A DNA stretch of 43,144 nucleotides from Candidatus Ratteibacteria bacterium (lineage in GTDB: Bacteria; Ratteibacteria; UBA8468; B48-G9; JAFGKM01), in the NCBI GenBank assembly GCA_046296715.1, contig JBKBIN010000009.1, positions 1 through 43,144 of the forward strand, in the 5' to 3' direction. This document shows, piece after piece, positions 29,076-39,036 of this stretch (position 1 is the stretch's first letter; every line of letters starts with the position of its first letter). Position numbers and translations under genes: made by a program. The notes below the pieces were generated by a model that searched no databases, had not been told where the DNA came from, and saw nothing but the letters and a program-made list of their open reading frames with translations.

Positions 29076-30355
29076 TTCAAAAATATTTCTATTACAGGCA
29101 CAGGGGTTTTCGGTTTAAAAGGAGGTAAAACTAATACTATTCCTTCTTTTTCCACTATCTGTTTTTTATACCATTCATCCATTCCTATTTTTATTTCACT
29201 TCTATCATTTAAAAGTTGAGCATATTCAACTTTCTCTTTATAAGATTTCCCCTCAAGTATTAAAAACTTATAAGGCCATGAGAAAATATGAATATAAAGT
29301 CGTTTTTTTTCTGGATTATAGGTTAGTTTACAATTTTCTGGTGTTTTAAATTCTTCAGGTGCTTGTGTACAATTATATATACTATCTGAGTGGTAATACA
29401 TCCATTCTCCAATTTTTTCAAGTTTTTCTCTAACTCTATAATCAAATTCTCCTCTTGCAGTTGGCCCTACATTTAAAAGCAAATTACCTCCTTTACTTAC
29501 ACAATCAATAAGTGTTTTTATTATCTCTTCCGAATCACGCCATGTTGCTTCATCTCTATGATATCCCCAAGAACCTGAAAAAGTCTGACACGATTCCCAT
29601 ATAAGTTTTTTTCCATCTTTTGTAGGCCATTCGTATGGAACTACTTGTTCTGGAGTTATAAAGTCAAATTCGTCTTCAAGATCAAGGCGATTATTCAATA
29701 AAATATGTGGTTGTAACTGCCTTATCATTTTAACAAGATTTTCTGAATCCCAATCATCTTTACCTTTTCCATCAGGTCCTGGATAACTAAAATCAGCCCA
29801 GAGTATATCAATTTTACCAAATTCTGTAAGAAGTTCCTTAATCTGTCCATGTAAATATTCTCTGTATTTTGACATATCTCTTTCTTTGTTGAGTTTTTCT
29901 TTTTCTGGATGATTTCTTAAAGGATGCAATCTATCAATTGTAAAGTGGGGATGATGCCAGTCAATTAAAGAATAATAGAAACCAATTCTAAATCCATGTT
30001 TTCTAAAAGCTTCAACAAATTCTCTCAATAAATCTCTTTTACAAGGAGTATTTGTTGCTTTATAATCAGTTAATTTTGAATCCCAAAGGCAGAAACCTTC
30101 ATGATGTTTTGTTGTAATTACTACATATTTCATACCTGCTTTTTTTGCAATAAGGGCCCATTCTTCTGGATTGTAAAGGTCTGGATTAAATCTTTTAAAA
30201 TATTTCTCATCATATATTTCATTTGGAATTTCTTCTCTATGTCTTACCCATTCATGTCTTGCAGGAAGTGCATATAATCCCCAGTGAATAAAAAGTCCAA
30301 ATCTTGCATTAATAAACCACTCATAATCACCTTTCCCTTTTCTAATTTCATACAT
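29072..30355 (-). CDS. Alpha-L-fucosidase (GH29), no signal peptide
   Basis: ARFGLFIHWG, TTKHHEGFCLW, YYSLIDWHHP, LWAD, WESCQT..SWGY, GGNLLLNVGP. Confidence 0.95.
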   Translation of the reverse strand: MYEIRKGKGDYEWFINARFGLFIHWGLYALPARHEWVRHREEIPNEIYDEKYFKRFNPDLYNPEEWALIAKKAGMKYVVITTKHHEGFCLWDSKLTDYKATNTPCKRDLLREFVEAFRKHGFRIGFYYSLIDWHHPHFTIDRLHPLRNHPEKEKLNKERDMSKYREYLHGQIKELLTEFGKIDILWADFSYPGPDGKGKDDWDSENLVKMIRQLQPHILLNNRLDLEDEFDFITPEQVVPYEWPTKDGKKLIWESCQTFSGSWGYHRDEATWRDSEEIIKTLIDCVSKGGNLLLNVGPTARGEFDYRVREKLEKIGEWMYYHSDSIYNCTQAPEEFKTPENCKLTYNPEKKRLYIHIFSWPYKFLILEGKSYKEKVEYAQLLNDRSEIKIGMDEWYKKQIVEKEGIVLVLPPFKPKTPVPVIEIFLK

Positions 30356-30419
30356 TTTGCCTCCTTTTTTATTTGTTCATTTTATCATATTTTCTGCTTT
30401 TTGGTATAATTTATTTTCT

Positions 30420-31313
30420 ATGAAAAAAATCTTTTTTTTCTTTCTTTTGGTTGATTTATTATACTCAGAAATTAAGGTCTTTTTTACTCCATCAAAGAAA
30501 ACCTATTTTGAATTTATAAATTTATTAATGAAAGCAGAAAAATCAATTTATATTTCCTCCTATTCAATAAGTGATGGTTTTTTAGATTTTCTTAATAATA
30601 AAAAAATAGACCTTAAAATTGTTTGTGAATTTGGAGATTTAAAATTTGGGAAGGTAAAAAGGATTAAAAATAAAGGACTTTTCCATTCAAAATTTTTAAT
30701 AATAGATCAAAAAATTGTTATAATCACATCTGCAAACTTAACTTTCAGCAATTTTTATAAAAATCATAATAACTTTGTTGTAATCAATGATAGAAAACTT
30801 GCAAGTTATTTATTAAAAAAATTTGATTCATTCTGGAATGACTATAGTTATACAGAAAAATTTGAAGATGGGAAATTTAAAATATGGTTCTCGCCAGAAA
30901 ACGACTGTGAGCAACTGATAGAAGGAGAAATTGAAAATGCTAAAAAATCAATAGATTTTGCAACATTTTCTTTTAGTGATAAAAAGATTGCAGAAAAAAT
31001 TATAGAAAAAAGAAAAAAAGGTGTTGAAGTTGCTGGTATTATTGAAAGTTATAATATTTTTCCACATTCTGTTTTTTATCTTCTTTTGAGTTATAATTGC
31101 AAGGTAAGGAAAAGTTGTATATCTGGATTTTTACATGACAAATTCTTTATAATTGATAGAGAAAAAGTTATAACTGGCTCATTTAATCCAACAAAAAGTG
31201 CAAGAGAAAATATAGAAATTGTCTGTTTAATAAATGATAGAAATATAGCAGAAATTTTTTTTAGAGAATGGAAAAAACTATATCTTTTCAAATCTATAGA
31301 AGAGGATATTTAA
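30420..31313 (+). CDS. Secreted phospholipase D-family protein with two HKD motifs
   Basis: Signal peptide MKKIFFFFLL; HSKFLIID..SANLT and HDKFFIID..GSFN. Start moved to ATG 30420. Confidence 0.88.
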   Translation: MKKIFFFFLLVDLLYSEIKVFFTPSKKTYFEFINLLMKAEKSIYISSYSISDGFLDFLNNKKIDLKIVCEFGDLKFGKVKRIKNKGLFHSKFLIIDQKIVIITSANLTFSNFYKNHNNFVVINDRKLASYLLKKFDSFWNDYSYTEKFEDGKFKIWFSPENDCEQLIEGEIENAKKSIDFATFSFSDKKIAEKIIEKRKKGVEVAGIIESYNIFPHSVFYLLLSYNCKVRKSCISGFLHDKFFIIDREKVITGSFNPTKSARENIEIVCLINDRNIAEIFFREWKKLYLFKSIEEDI

Positions 31314-31873
31314 AATTTTATTTGGGGTGGTTTTTGACTTTCTTCAGTCGCCTGAAAATAATTTTTTTCCCTATCAAAACCAAAAATTCTTACAAATATA
31401 AAATTAGGAAATGCCTTTGCATTTTTGTTATACTCTTCTACTGCAAGGTTATATCTTCTTCTTTCAACAGCAATTCTATTTTCTGTCCCAGCAAGTTCGT
31501 CCTGCAAAGATAAAAAATTTGTAGATGCTTTTATTTGTGGATAATTTTCTACAACAAATAGAAGTTTACCAATAACTCTATCTATTTCTCCTGCAGCAAT
31601 TTCTTTTTCTGAAATAGATTTTGCATTTTGCCATTTTGTCCGTGCTTCTGTTACCTGAATAAATAATTCTTTTTCATGCTTTGCATAACCTTTAACAATC
31701 TCAACAAGGTTTGGAATTAAATCATTTCTTCTTTGATATACATTTTCAACCTGAGCCCATGATAATTTAACTTTTTGATCAAGTGAGACAAGTCGATTAT
31801 ACTGAAAAATTGAGTAGACAAGAATAATTATAAGTAGAACCAACACGATAAGAAATTTTCTTTCTTTTCTCAT
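31310..31873 (-). CDS. lemA: LemA-family protein
   Basis: YNRLV, WAQVENVYQRRNDLIPNLVE.VKGYA.HE, ENYPQIKA, LQDELAGTENRIAVERRRYN; ATG 31873 after AGGAGG. Confidence 0.95.
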   Translation of the reverse strand: MRKERKFLIVLVLLIIILVYSIFQYNRLVSLDQKVKLSWAQVENVYQRRNDLIPNLVEIVKGYAKHEKELFIQVTEARTKWQNAKSISEKEIAAGEIDRVIGKLLFVVENYPQIKASTNFLSLQDELAGTENRIAVERRRYNLAVEEYNKNAKAFPNFIFVRIFGFDREKNYFQATEESQKPPQIKF

Positions 31874-31883
31874 TTTCCTCCTT

Positions 31884-32504
31884 TCAAAGTTTTTTTTCAA
31901 TAAGAATAATTATATCAGAAAAAAATCTTAATAATTCATCTATTTTATCTTCAATGTTTTCTTTTCTTGAAAATTCAGGAATATTAATTTTTTCGCCAAT
32001 CTGATTTTCAATTAATGGGATTAGAAATTTAAGTTTTTTGATTGTTTCTTCTAAAATTAAAATTTTGTTTTTTTCAAAAATGAGTTCTTGTTGAAAATCA
32101 AGATATAATTGTTTAATTTCCCTTTCAAGTGCAATTCTTAAATCTTTATTTTCAATTTTTATTTTTTCTGTTAAGTCATTTCCATAAACTATTAAGTGGT
32201 TATCTTTAATATCTTTCCATTCAATAGGGAAAACATCTGTAGAACTTAAAAAGAACAATTCTGAAAAGAAAAAGGGTTTTATTAGATTTTTTGCAGCATA
32301 TTTTGAAACTTTTTTTCTTATTGTATCAATGTCATTTGCTTCCAGTTTATCAACAATAATAATTAAATTGATATCTGAAGTTTTTGGCTTGTAATTTCCT
32401 TTTACAACACTTCCATACAATATACAACTTAAAATTCTTTCTTGAAAAATGTCCTTTACTCTCTTTAAAAACCCATCAATTTTATTTTTTACTTTTTCTT
32501 CCAT
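31884..32504 (-). CDS. Pol-beta-like nucleotidyltransferase domain protein
   Basis: ILYGSVVKG....SDINLIIIV; S.DVFPIE..DI...H..VYG.D; R..LERE. Confidence 0.8.
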   Translation of the reverse strand: MEEKVKNKIDGFLKRVKDIFQERILSCILYGSVVKGNYKPKTSDINLIIIVDKLEANDIDTIRKKVSKYAAKNLIKPFFFSELFFLSSTDVFPIEWKDIKDNHLIVYGNDLTEKIKIENKDLRIALEREIKQLYLDFQQELIFEKNKILILEETIKKLKFLIPLIENQIGEKINIPEFSRKENIEDKIDELLRFFSDIIILIEKKL

Positions 32505-32515
32505 TTTTCTCTATT

Positions 32516-33415
32516 TTACCATCTTCCAGTTGCTCCTCCACCACCACTTGCTCCTCCTCCAAATCCACCAAATCCTCCTGAAAAACCTCCTTTATAACCA
32601 CTTATTGAGGATGTAAATTTTGAAGGACTTCTTAAATAAAAAGGTATATGTTTTGTCCAGTTTTTTCCATAGTATTTTTTCAGTTTTCTTCTCAATCTTT
32701 CTGAAATAAAATAGGAGATAGGTATAAGTATAAATAAAAAGAGAAATGGGATGAAAAGAGTAAAAAGAATATAGGATTCATAAAGATATGTGTTTCTGTT
32801 TATAAAGGTAAATATTTGTAAAAATAAGATAATGGATAATTCTAAAAAAAGTCCCAAAAGTCCAGCAAAAACAAAGCCAAATAAAATACACATAAAATAC
32901 CAGTATATAAAAAATCCAATAGGTGGTAAATTTTTTTCTCCCTTAATTTCTAAATCTTTTCCTTTTGTTATTTCATAAATTACTTCTATTGCTTTATTTA
33001 TACCATTATAAAAATCGTTTTCTTTGAAACTTGGTGCCATTACATCTCTTATAATCTTTCCACATTTAGAATCTGTGAGAAGTTCTTCAAGTCCATAGCC
33101 AACCTCAATCCTTATTTGTCTTTCATTTAAAACAATTAAAATTAAAACACCATTATCTTTCCCTTTTTTCCCGATCTTCCAGTTATTAAAGATTTCATTT
33201 GCATATTCTTCAATAGTTTTTTCCTTTTCAAGAGATTTAATAGTTAATACTACTATTTCATTACCAGTTTTTTCTTCAATCTCTCTTAATTTTTTTTCAA
33301 TTTCTTCCTTTTGCCTTTGAGTAAGAAGATCTGCAAAATCATTGAGATAGCCGATCGGTTTTAAAGCAATAAAAAGGAGAAAGAAAACAATTAAAAATAA
33401 CTTTATTTTTTTCAT
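32516..33415 (-). CDS. TPM domain membrane protein with Gly-rich tail
   Basis: YLNDFADLL, WKIGKKGKDNGVLILI, RIEVGYGLE; TM helices; GGFGGGASGGGGATGRW terminus. Confidence 0.93.
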   Translation of the reverse strand: MKKIKLFLIVFFLLFIALKPIGYLNDFADLLTQRQKEEIEKKLREIEEKTGNEIVVLTIKSLEKEKTIEEYANEIFNNWKIGKKGKDNGVLILIVLNERQIRIEVGYGLEELLTDSKCGKIIRDVMAPSFKENDFYNGINKAIEVIYEITKGKDLEIKGEKNLPPIGFFIYWYFMCILFGFVFAGLLGLFLELSIILFLQIFTFINRNTYLYESYILFTLFIPFLFLFILIPISYFISERLRRKLKKYYGKNWTKHIPFYLRSPSKFTSSISGYKGGFSGGFGGFGGGASGGGGATGRW

Positions 33416-33490
33416 TTACAAACATTTTATAATTTTTCTTCCTATTTAACAAATCTTGAAGTAAAATAAAAATAAAAAGAGGAGAAGAAA

Positions 33491-33841
33491 ATGATAAAAA
33501 AAGAAAAAGATATGGAGATAGAAGAAAGAGAAAAAATGAGAGGAGGGGAAGGAACAGTAAAAATTGTTCATTTTTTCAAAAAAGAGGAATTTAAGGCAAA
33601 TGTGAGATTATGTGCAAAACTTATCCTTCCAGTTAATTGCTCAATTGGTCTACATCAACATTTAGATGAAGATGAAGTTTTTATTATAATTAAAGGTAAA
33701 GGAATTTTGTTTGATGGAAAACAAGAGAAAATTGTTGAACAAGGAGATGCAATTTTAACAGGAAATGGAGAGTCGCATTCAATAAAAAATATAGGAAATA
33801 CAGACCTTGAAATTATCGCTTTTATATCAAAATATTTTTAG
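33491..33841 (+). CDS. Cupin domain protein
   Basis: MRGGEG, SIGLHQH..EDEVFII..G.G, GESHSIKN.G. Confidence 0.88.
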   Translation: MIKKEKDMEIEEREKMRGGEGTVKIVHFFKKEEFKANVRLCAKLILPVNCSIGLHQHLDEDEVFIIIKGKGILFDGKQEKIVEQGDAILTGNGESHSIKNIGNTDLEIIAFISKYF

Positions 33842-33872
33842 GGTATAATTTAAAAATTGGAGGAACAATAAA

Positions 33873-34970
33873 GTGAAGAAAAGTTTTGTATTTGTTTCTT
33901 TTGTTTTGTTTTTTCTTACTGGCTGTCTTCCAAAAAAAACAGATAAGGAAAAGTTAGAACAATTGCCTGAAGTTTATTTACCAAAAGAAGAAAAAAAAGA
34001 AATTCCTGAAATTGTTAAGGAAGAGATAAAAGAAGAGGCAAAAGAGGAGAAAAAAGAAATTGTTGAAGAAATTATTGGGGAGAAAAAAGAAGAAGAGAAA
34101 AAAGAACTGATAGAAAAGAAAGTAGAAGTAAAGGAAGAGAAGAAAGAAAAGGAACAACAAGAAATTGTTCTACTGCCAAAAGAAAAAATACCAAAGAAAG
34201 AAGAAAAGATTCCAGTTATATCAAAGATATTTCTTACAAATTATCTTGGAGAATGTTTGATTTACGAACTTAAATGGGATTTTGTAAATTTAGGGAAAGC
34301 AATTTTGGTTTGTTTAGAAGAAAAAGATAGATATCGTCTTGTTGGAATTACACTACCATCTGGACTGCCTGAAAAAATAGGTTATGGTTATAATAGGTTT
34401 GATTCTTTTATAGATAAGAAAACCGGAAAACCTTTTTATTTTTATCAATTTTCAAAATCAGGGAATAAAAAAAATATAACTGAGATATTTTTTAATTGGT
34501 CAGCAAAACAATATACTTATATATCAAGAGATTATAAGGCAGAAAAATTATTATCTACAAAAAAAGATATAATTAAGTTTGACGAAGATATATTTGATTG
34601 TTTAACACTTTTTTATTTTGTAAGAGATGGAGATTTTAAAATTTTTGAAAATAAACAAATTCCAGTAGCATTAAAAGAAAAATGGTATATCAAAATAGAT
34701 TTTAAAGAGAAAAGTATAAAAAAACTACCAAATGGTGAGAATAAAATGGTTTACATTATCCAACCATTTGCAAGAAAGGAAAATGAAAGTTTTAAAAAAG
34801 GGATGTTTGATATTTGGATAACAGATGATAATGAAAGGAAACCAGTATATTTTGAAGGGAAACTTCCTATTGGTAGAGTAAGTATGCTTTTAACAAGAGT
34901 GAGAAAAATTGAACAAAGTTCGGTTTTAGATGTAAACAAAATACTTGAACAAATTGTTTCAACACTTTAA
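33873..34970 (+). CDS. Lipoprotein with K/E-rich linker and DUF3108-like C-terminal domain
   Basis: Lipobox FLTG-C; low-complexity EEKKE repeats; GE.L.Y...W....G.A, D.LT.FY..R, IWITDD..R.PV...L..G. Confidence 0.7.
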   Translation: MKKSFVFVSFVLFFLTGCLPKKTDKEKLEQLPEVYLPKEEKKEIPEIVKEEIKEEAKEEKKEIVEEIIGEKKEEEKKELIEKKVEVKEEKKEKEQQEIVLLPKEKIPKKEEKIPVISKIFLTNYLGECLIYELKWDFVNLGKAILVCLEEKDRYRLVGITLPSGLPEKIGYGYNRFDSFIDKKTGKPFYFYQFSKSGNKKNITEIFFNWSAKQYTYISRDYKAEKLLSTKKDIIKFDEDIFDCLTLFYFVRDGDFKIFENKQIPVALKEKWYIKIDFKEKSIKKLPNGENKMVYIIQPFARKENESFKKGMFDIWITDDNERKPVYFEGKLPIGRVSMLLTRVRKIEQSSVLDVNKILEQIVSTL

Positions 34971-34973
34971 AAA

Positions 34974-35183
34974 ATGTGTCTTGCAATACCAATGAAGGTT
35001 GAAAAGGTTAAAGGTGATTTTGCAATTGTATCTATTGGGAATGTGAAGAGAGAAGTTAATATATCTCTTTTAGAAAATGTTAAAAAAGGTGACTATGTTA
35101 TTGTTCATGCAGGTTTTGCAATTGAAAAACTTGATAAAAAAGAAGCAAAAAGGACACTTGAAATATTTAAAGAGATGAAATGA
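34974..35183 (+). CDS. hypC: Hydrogenase maturation chaperone HypC
   Basis: MCLAIP start; GDYVIVHAGFAI. Confidence 0.97.
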   Translation: MCLAIPMKVEKVKGDFAIVSIGNVKREVNISLLENVKKGDYVIVHAGFAIEKLDKKEAKRTLEIFKEMK

Positions 35184-36274
35184 AATATATAGAGGAATAC
35201 AGAAAAACAGAAATACAGAAAGAAATAATAGAAGAAATACAGAAATACGGCAATCTTCTCAATAGAAATATCAATATAATGGAAATCTGTGGGACCCATA
35301 CTATGACAATTGGCAGATATGGAATTAGAAAACTTATGCCTGAAAATATAAATCTTATTTCTGGTCCTGGATGTCCTGTTTGTGTTACTCCTATAAATTA
35401 TATAGATACTGCTATTGAACTTTCAAAAATGCAAGATTTTATTATTACAACTTTTGGTGATATGATGAAAGTTCCTGGTTCTTTTTCTTCTCTTGAAAAA
35501 GAAAAAGCAAATAATGGAAAAATTTATGTAGTTTATTCTCCTCTTGATGCATTAAAAATTGCCAAAGATAATAAAGATAAAAAAATAATTTTCCTTTCAG
35601 TTGGCTTTGAAACAACAACTCCTTTAATTGCTCAAACAATAAAGATTGCAAAGGAAAGCAAAATAAAAAATTTTTATGTACTTGTTGGAAACAAACTTAT
35701 TCCACCTGCGATTGAATTCCTTTTGGAAGAAAAAGATGCAAAAATAGATGGATTTATATGTCCTGGGCATGTAAGTGTTATTATAGGTCTTGAACCATAT
35801 ATATCTATATCAAAAAAATTTAATGTTTCTTGTGTTATAACTGGATTTGAACCCTTGGATGTTTTACTTTCTATATATTTAATTTTAAAAGATATTAAGG
35901 AAGGGAAAAACCAAGTAATAAATGAGTATAAAAGGACAGTGAGAGAAAGTGGGAATATTAAGGCGAAAAAGTTGATGTATGAAATTTTTGATGTTATTGA
36001 TGCTGAATGGAGAGGGATTGGAATTATTAAAAATAGTGGCTTAAAACTTAAAGAAAAATTTTCAGATTTTGATGCTGAGAAAATCTTTGGTATTGAGATT
36101 AAAAATTCAAAAGAAAAAACACCTTGTTTATGTGGAGAGATTTTAAAAGGGAAGAAAAAACCATTTGAATGTCCTTTATTTGAAAAGATTTGTAATCCTG
36201 AAAATCCTTTTGGCCCTTGTATGGTTTCATCTGAAGGGACCTGTAGTGCATATTATAAATATGAAAGAGAATAG
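35180..36274 (+). CDS. hypD: Hydrogenase maturation protein HypD
   Basis: MEICGTHT, GPGCPVCVT, GFETT, PGHVS, GPCMVSSEGTC. Confidence 0.97.
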   Translation: MKYIEEYRKTEIQKEIIEEIQKYGNLLNRNINIMEICGTHTMTIGRYGIRKLMPENINLISGPGCPVCVTPINYIDTAIELSKMQDFIITTFGDMMKVPGSFSSLEKEKANNGKIYVVYSPLDALKIAKDNKDKKIIFLSVGFETTTPLIAQTIKIAKESKIKNFYVLVGNKLIPPAIEFLLEEKDAKIDGFICPGHVSVIIGLEPYISISKKFNVSCVITGFEPLDVLLSIYLILKDIKEGKNQVINEYKRTVRESGNIKAKKLMYEIFDVIDAEWRGIGIIKNSGLKLKEKFSDFDAEKIFGIEIKNSKEKTPCLCGEILKGKKKPFECPLFEKICNPENPFGPCMVSSEGTCSAYYKYERE

Positions 36275-37271
36275 AATTGTTTTATCTCATGGAAGCGGCG
36301 GAAGATTAATGCATAATTTGATAGAAAATGTTTTTTTGAAAAGTTTTAAAAATGAAATTCTTGATAAACTTTATGATTCTGGTATCATTGAGTTTGAAGA
36401 TTTTGATATATGTTTTACAACTGATTCTTATACAGTAGATCCAATTTTTTTTAAAGGAGGAGATATTGGTAAACTTTCTATATGTGGAACTATTAATGAT
36501 TTAGCAGTTACAGGAGCAATCCCGCTTTACCTATCTTCAAGTTTTATAATAGAGGAAGGATTTGAAATTGAAACCCTTAAAAAAATTGTTAATTCAATGG
36601 AAGAGATATCAAAACAGGAGAATGTTAGAATTATTACAGGAGATACGAAGGTAGTTGAAAAGGGAAAGGTTGATAAAATTTTTATAAATACAAGTGGGAT
36701 TGGTATAAAGGATAAAAAAATTAAACTTGGAATAGAAAAAATTAAACAAGGAGATGTAGTGATTATAAATGGAGAGATTGCAGAACATGGGCTTGCTGTT
36801 TTAATTTCAAGGGATACATTTAAAATAGATGCTGATATAAAAAGTGATTGTGCTCCTCTTGCCAGTTTAATTTCTGAAATTTTAAAAGAGACGGATAAAA
36901 TTAAGTTTATGAGAGATCCAACAAGAGGAGGGATTTCTGCTACTTTAAATGAAATTGTAAAAAATAGAGATTTTGGAATAGTTATTTACGAAGATAAAAT
37001 ACCGGTAAAAAAAGAAGTTCTTTCTATCTGTGAAATTCTTGGTTTTGATCCTTTAAATATTGCAAATGAAGGGAAAGTTATAGTTATATGTGATAAAAAA
37101 GAGGCAGATAGAGTAATTAAAAAAATGAGAAAAAATATATATGGAGAAAAAGCAGAAATTATTGGAGAAGTTGTTAAAAAGCCGGAAGGTAAAGTTTTAA
37201 TTGAAACAATAACAGGTTCTTTAAGGGTTGTAGATATGCCAGTTGGAGAACAATTTCCAAGGATATGTTAA
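36261..37271 (+). CDS. hypE: Hydrogenase maturation protein HypE
   Basis: LSHGSGG, TTDS, GGDIGKL, GDTKVV, MRDPTRGG, ANEGK, terminal PRIC. Start moved to ATG 36261. Confidence 0.97.
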   Translation: MKENRIVLSHGSGGRLMHNLIENVFLKSFKNEILDKLYDSGIIEFEDFDICFTTDSYTVDPIFFKGGDIGKLSICGTINDLAVTGAIPLYLSSSFIIEEGFEIETLKKIVNSMEEISKQENVRIITGDTKVVEKGKVDKIFINTSGIGIKDKKIKLGIEKIKQGDVVIINGEIAEHGLAVLISRDTFKIDADIKSDCAPLASLISEILKETDKIKFMRDPTRGGISATLNEIVKNRDFGIVIYEDKIPVKKEVLSICEILGFDPLNIANEGKVIVICDKKEADRVIKKMRKNIYGEKAEIIGEVVKKPEGKVLIETITGSLRVVDMPVGEQFPRIC

Positions 37272-37279
37272 AGAACTTT

Positions 37280-38965
37280 ATGAAAAAATTTATCTTGATT
37301 ATACTTATTTTTCTTATTTTCTTTATTAGAGAAATTATTGTATCTTACGAAAAATCAATAACTTGTGATGAAACGGTTCACATTCCAGCAGGGTATTTTT
37401 ATGTTAAAAAAGGGGATTTTTTTATAAATTATGAACATCCACCGTTTTCCAAAACTCTTTCTGGCATTTTTCTTTTAACCAAAAAGATTTTTTTCCCAGA
37501 AGATTTATATAAACAATTAAGGGATAATGAATGGGATTTTGGTAAAGCATTTTTTTATTTAAATAGAGAAAATGTTGATAATATAGTTTTTTCTGCACGA
37601 TTTCCAATGATCTTACTTAGTATTCTACTTGGATTTTTTATATACTTGTGGTCAAAAGAGTTATATGGTTTTTTTGCTGGTATTTTTAGTTTATTTTTAT
37701 TTTCTTTTTGTCCAAATTTTCTTGGCCATAGTTGTCTTGTAACCACAGATGTTCCATTTACAACTTTCTTTATTATCTTCCTTTATTTTTTGTCAAAATT
37801 TTTCCAAACAGATGATAAAAAGTATCTAATTTTTTCAGGTATTTTTTTTGGTCTTTCTATTGGAACAAAATTTACTGGAATTGTTATTATCCCATTTATA
37901 ATCCTTATTTTTTTGATTTTAGAGACAAAAGCATCTTTTAAGAATAAATTTAAATTTTTACTTCCCTATTTTCTTGTTAGTTTTATTTTAATCCCATTTT
38001 TAATTTTGCTTTTTACATATAGAATTTATGGTTTTGGTAATTTTTTACTTGGATTAAAACAAATAATTTTTGAAACAACTGAAAGAGGGCATAAAAGTTT
38101 TTTAAATGGAAGGTTTTCAAATTATGGATGGAGATATTATTTCATATTTGCTTTCCTTTATAAAACTTCAATACCTGTAATAATTTTTTTCATTATTTCA
38201 ATTCTAATTCAAAGAAAAATTGAGAAAAAAGAGATTTATTTGATTTTTCCAGCAATTATCTATTTTGTCTTCTCTTCATTAAGCAAAAAACAGATTGGCA
38301 TTAGATACATTCTTCCATTTTATGCTTTAATTTATATCTATTGTGGTAGAATAATTTTTTATCAGGAGAAAATAAGGATTAATCAAAATTTTAAAAAGAT
38401 TGTTTTTTATTTATTAATTTTCTGGTATATTTTTTCATCTTTTAGAATTCATCCACATTATCTTGCTTATTTTAATGAAATTATAGGTGGTCCGGATAAT
38501 GGCTGGAGATATTTAATTGACTCAAATATTGATTGGGGACAGGATTTAAAAGAGTTAAAAAAATATTTAAAGAAAGAAGGTGATCCAGAAATTATGTTTA
38601 ATTATTTTGGTTCAATCTTTCCGGAAACATATGGAATAATCTACGAGCCATTTTTTTCTCCTCTCTTATTAATGGCAAATCTTCCTGATCAATATTACCA
38701 TATAAACTCGCCTTTTCCTTCAAAAGAATATTTAGTTATAAGTGTGAATTGTTTGCAAGGATTGATGTATGAAGATATAAATATTTTTAGTTGGCTAAAA
38801 GAGATAAAACCAAAAGCAAAAATTGGATATAGTATGTTTGTTTATGATATTACGAAAGATATATATATAAGAAAAAAACTTTTAGAGATGTTTGAAAAAT
38901 ATGGATTTGAAAGACAAGCAGAAAGACAGAGAAGAATAATTAAGATTCTGGAAAACAAAGATTAA
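37280..38965 (+). CDS. GT39/ArnT-PMT-like membrane glycosyltransferase
   Basis: TCDETVH..AG, EHPP..K, LVTTD, TKFTG, IGIRYILP, YFNE..GG, DSNIDWGQDL. ATG 37265 is an alternative start. Confidence 0.85.
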   Translation: MKKFILIILIFLIFFIREIIVSYEKSITCDETVHIPAGYFYVKKGDFFINYEHPPFSKTLSGIFLLTKKIFFPEDLYKQLRDNEWDFGKAFFYLNRENVDNIVFSARFPMILLSILLGFFIYLWSKELYGFFAGIFSLFLFSFCPNFLGHSCLVTTDVPFTTFFIIFLYFLSKFFQTDDKKYLIFSGIFFGLSIGTKFTGIVIIPFIILIFLILETKASFKNKFKFLLPYFLVSFILIPFLILLFTYRIYGFGNFLLGLKQIIFETTERGHKSFLNGRFSNYGWRYYFIFAFLYKTSIPVIIFFIISILIQRKIEKKEIYLIFPAIIYFVFSSLSKKQIGIRYILPFYALIYIYCGRIIFYQEKIRINQNFKKIVFYLLIFWYIFSSFRIHPHYLAYFNEIIGGPDNGWRYLIDSNIDWGQDLKELKKYLKKEGDPEIMFNYFGSIFPETYGIIYEPFFSPLLLMANLPDQYYHINSPFPSKEYLVISVNCLQGLMYEDINIFSWLKEIKPKAKIGYSMFVYDITKDIYIRKKLLEMFEKYGFERQAERQRRIIKILENKD

Positions 38966-38981
38966 CAAGTGTTCCCATCAA

Positions 38982-38996
38982 ACACCTACGAGGTGT
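38982..38996. repeat. Palindrome ACACCT-ACG-AGGTGT (core shared with the 54-bp repeats)
   Basis: CACCTACGAGGTG also occurs at 39220-39232 and 42959-42971. Confidence 0.85.
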
Positions 38997-38999
38997 AAA

Positions 39000-39028
39000 T
39001 GGAAAAAGATGGAAAAAGATGGTATAAT
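39000..39028 (+). promoter_or_regulatory. tRNA-Ser promoter: extended -10 preceded by a 10-bp tandem repeat
   Basis: TGGAAAAAGA x2 then TG-G-TATAAT (39020-39028), 8 nt before the tRNA. Confidence 0.6.
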
Positions 39029-39036
39029 AGAATAAA

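Noticed and set aside
33980..34210. Purine-rich repeat tract in the lipoprotein gene
   Set aside because: Ordinary K/E-rich low-complexity linker with imperfect EEKKE units, not a DNA-level array.
34974..37271. hypCDE as a novel system
   Set aside because: Canonical maturation genes; hydrogenase structural genes and hypABF are commonly encoded elsewhere.
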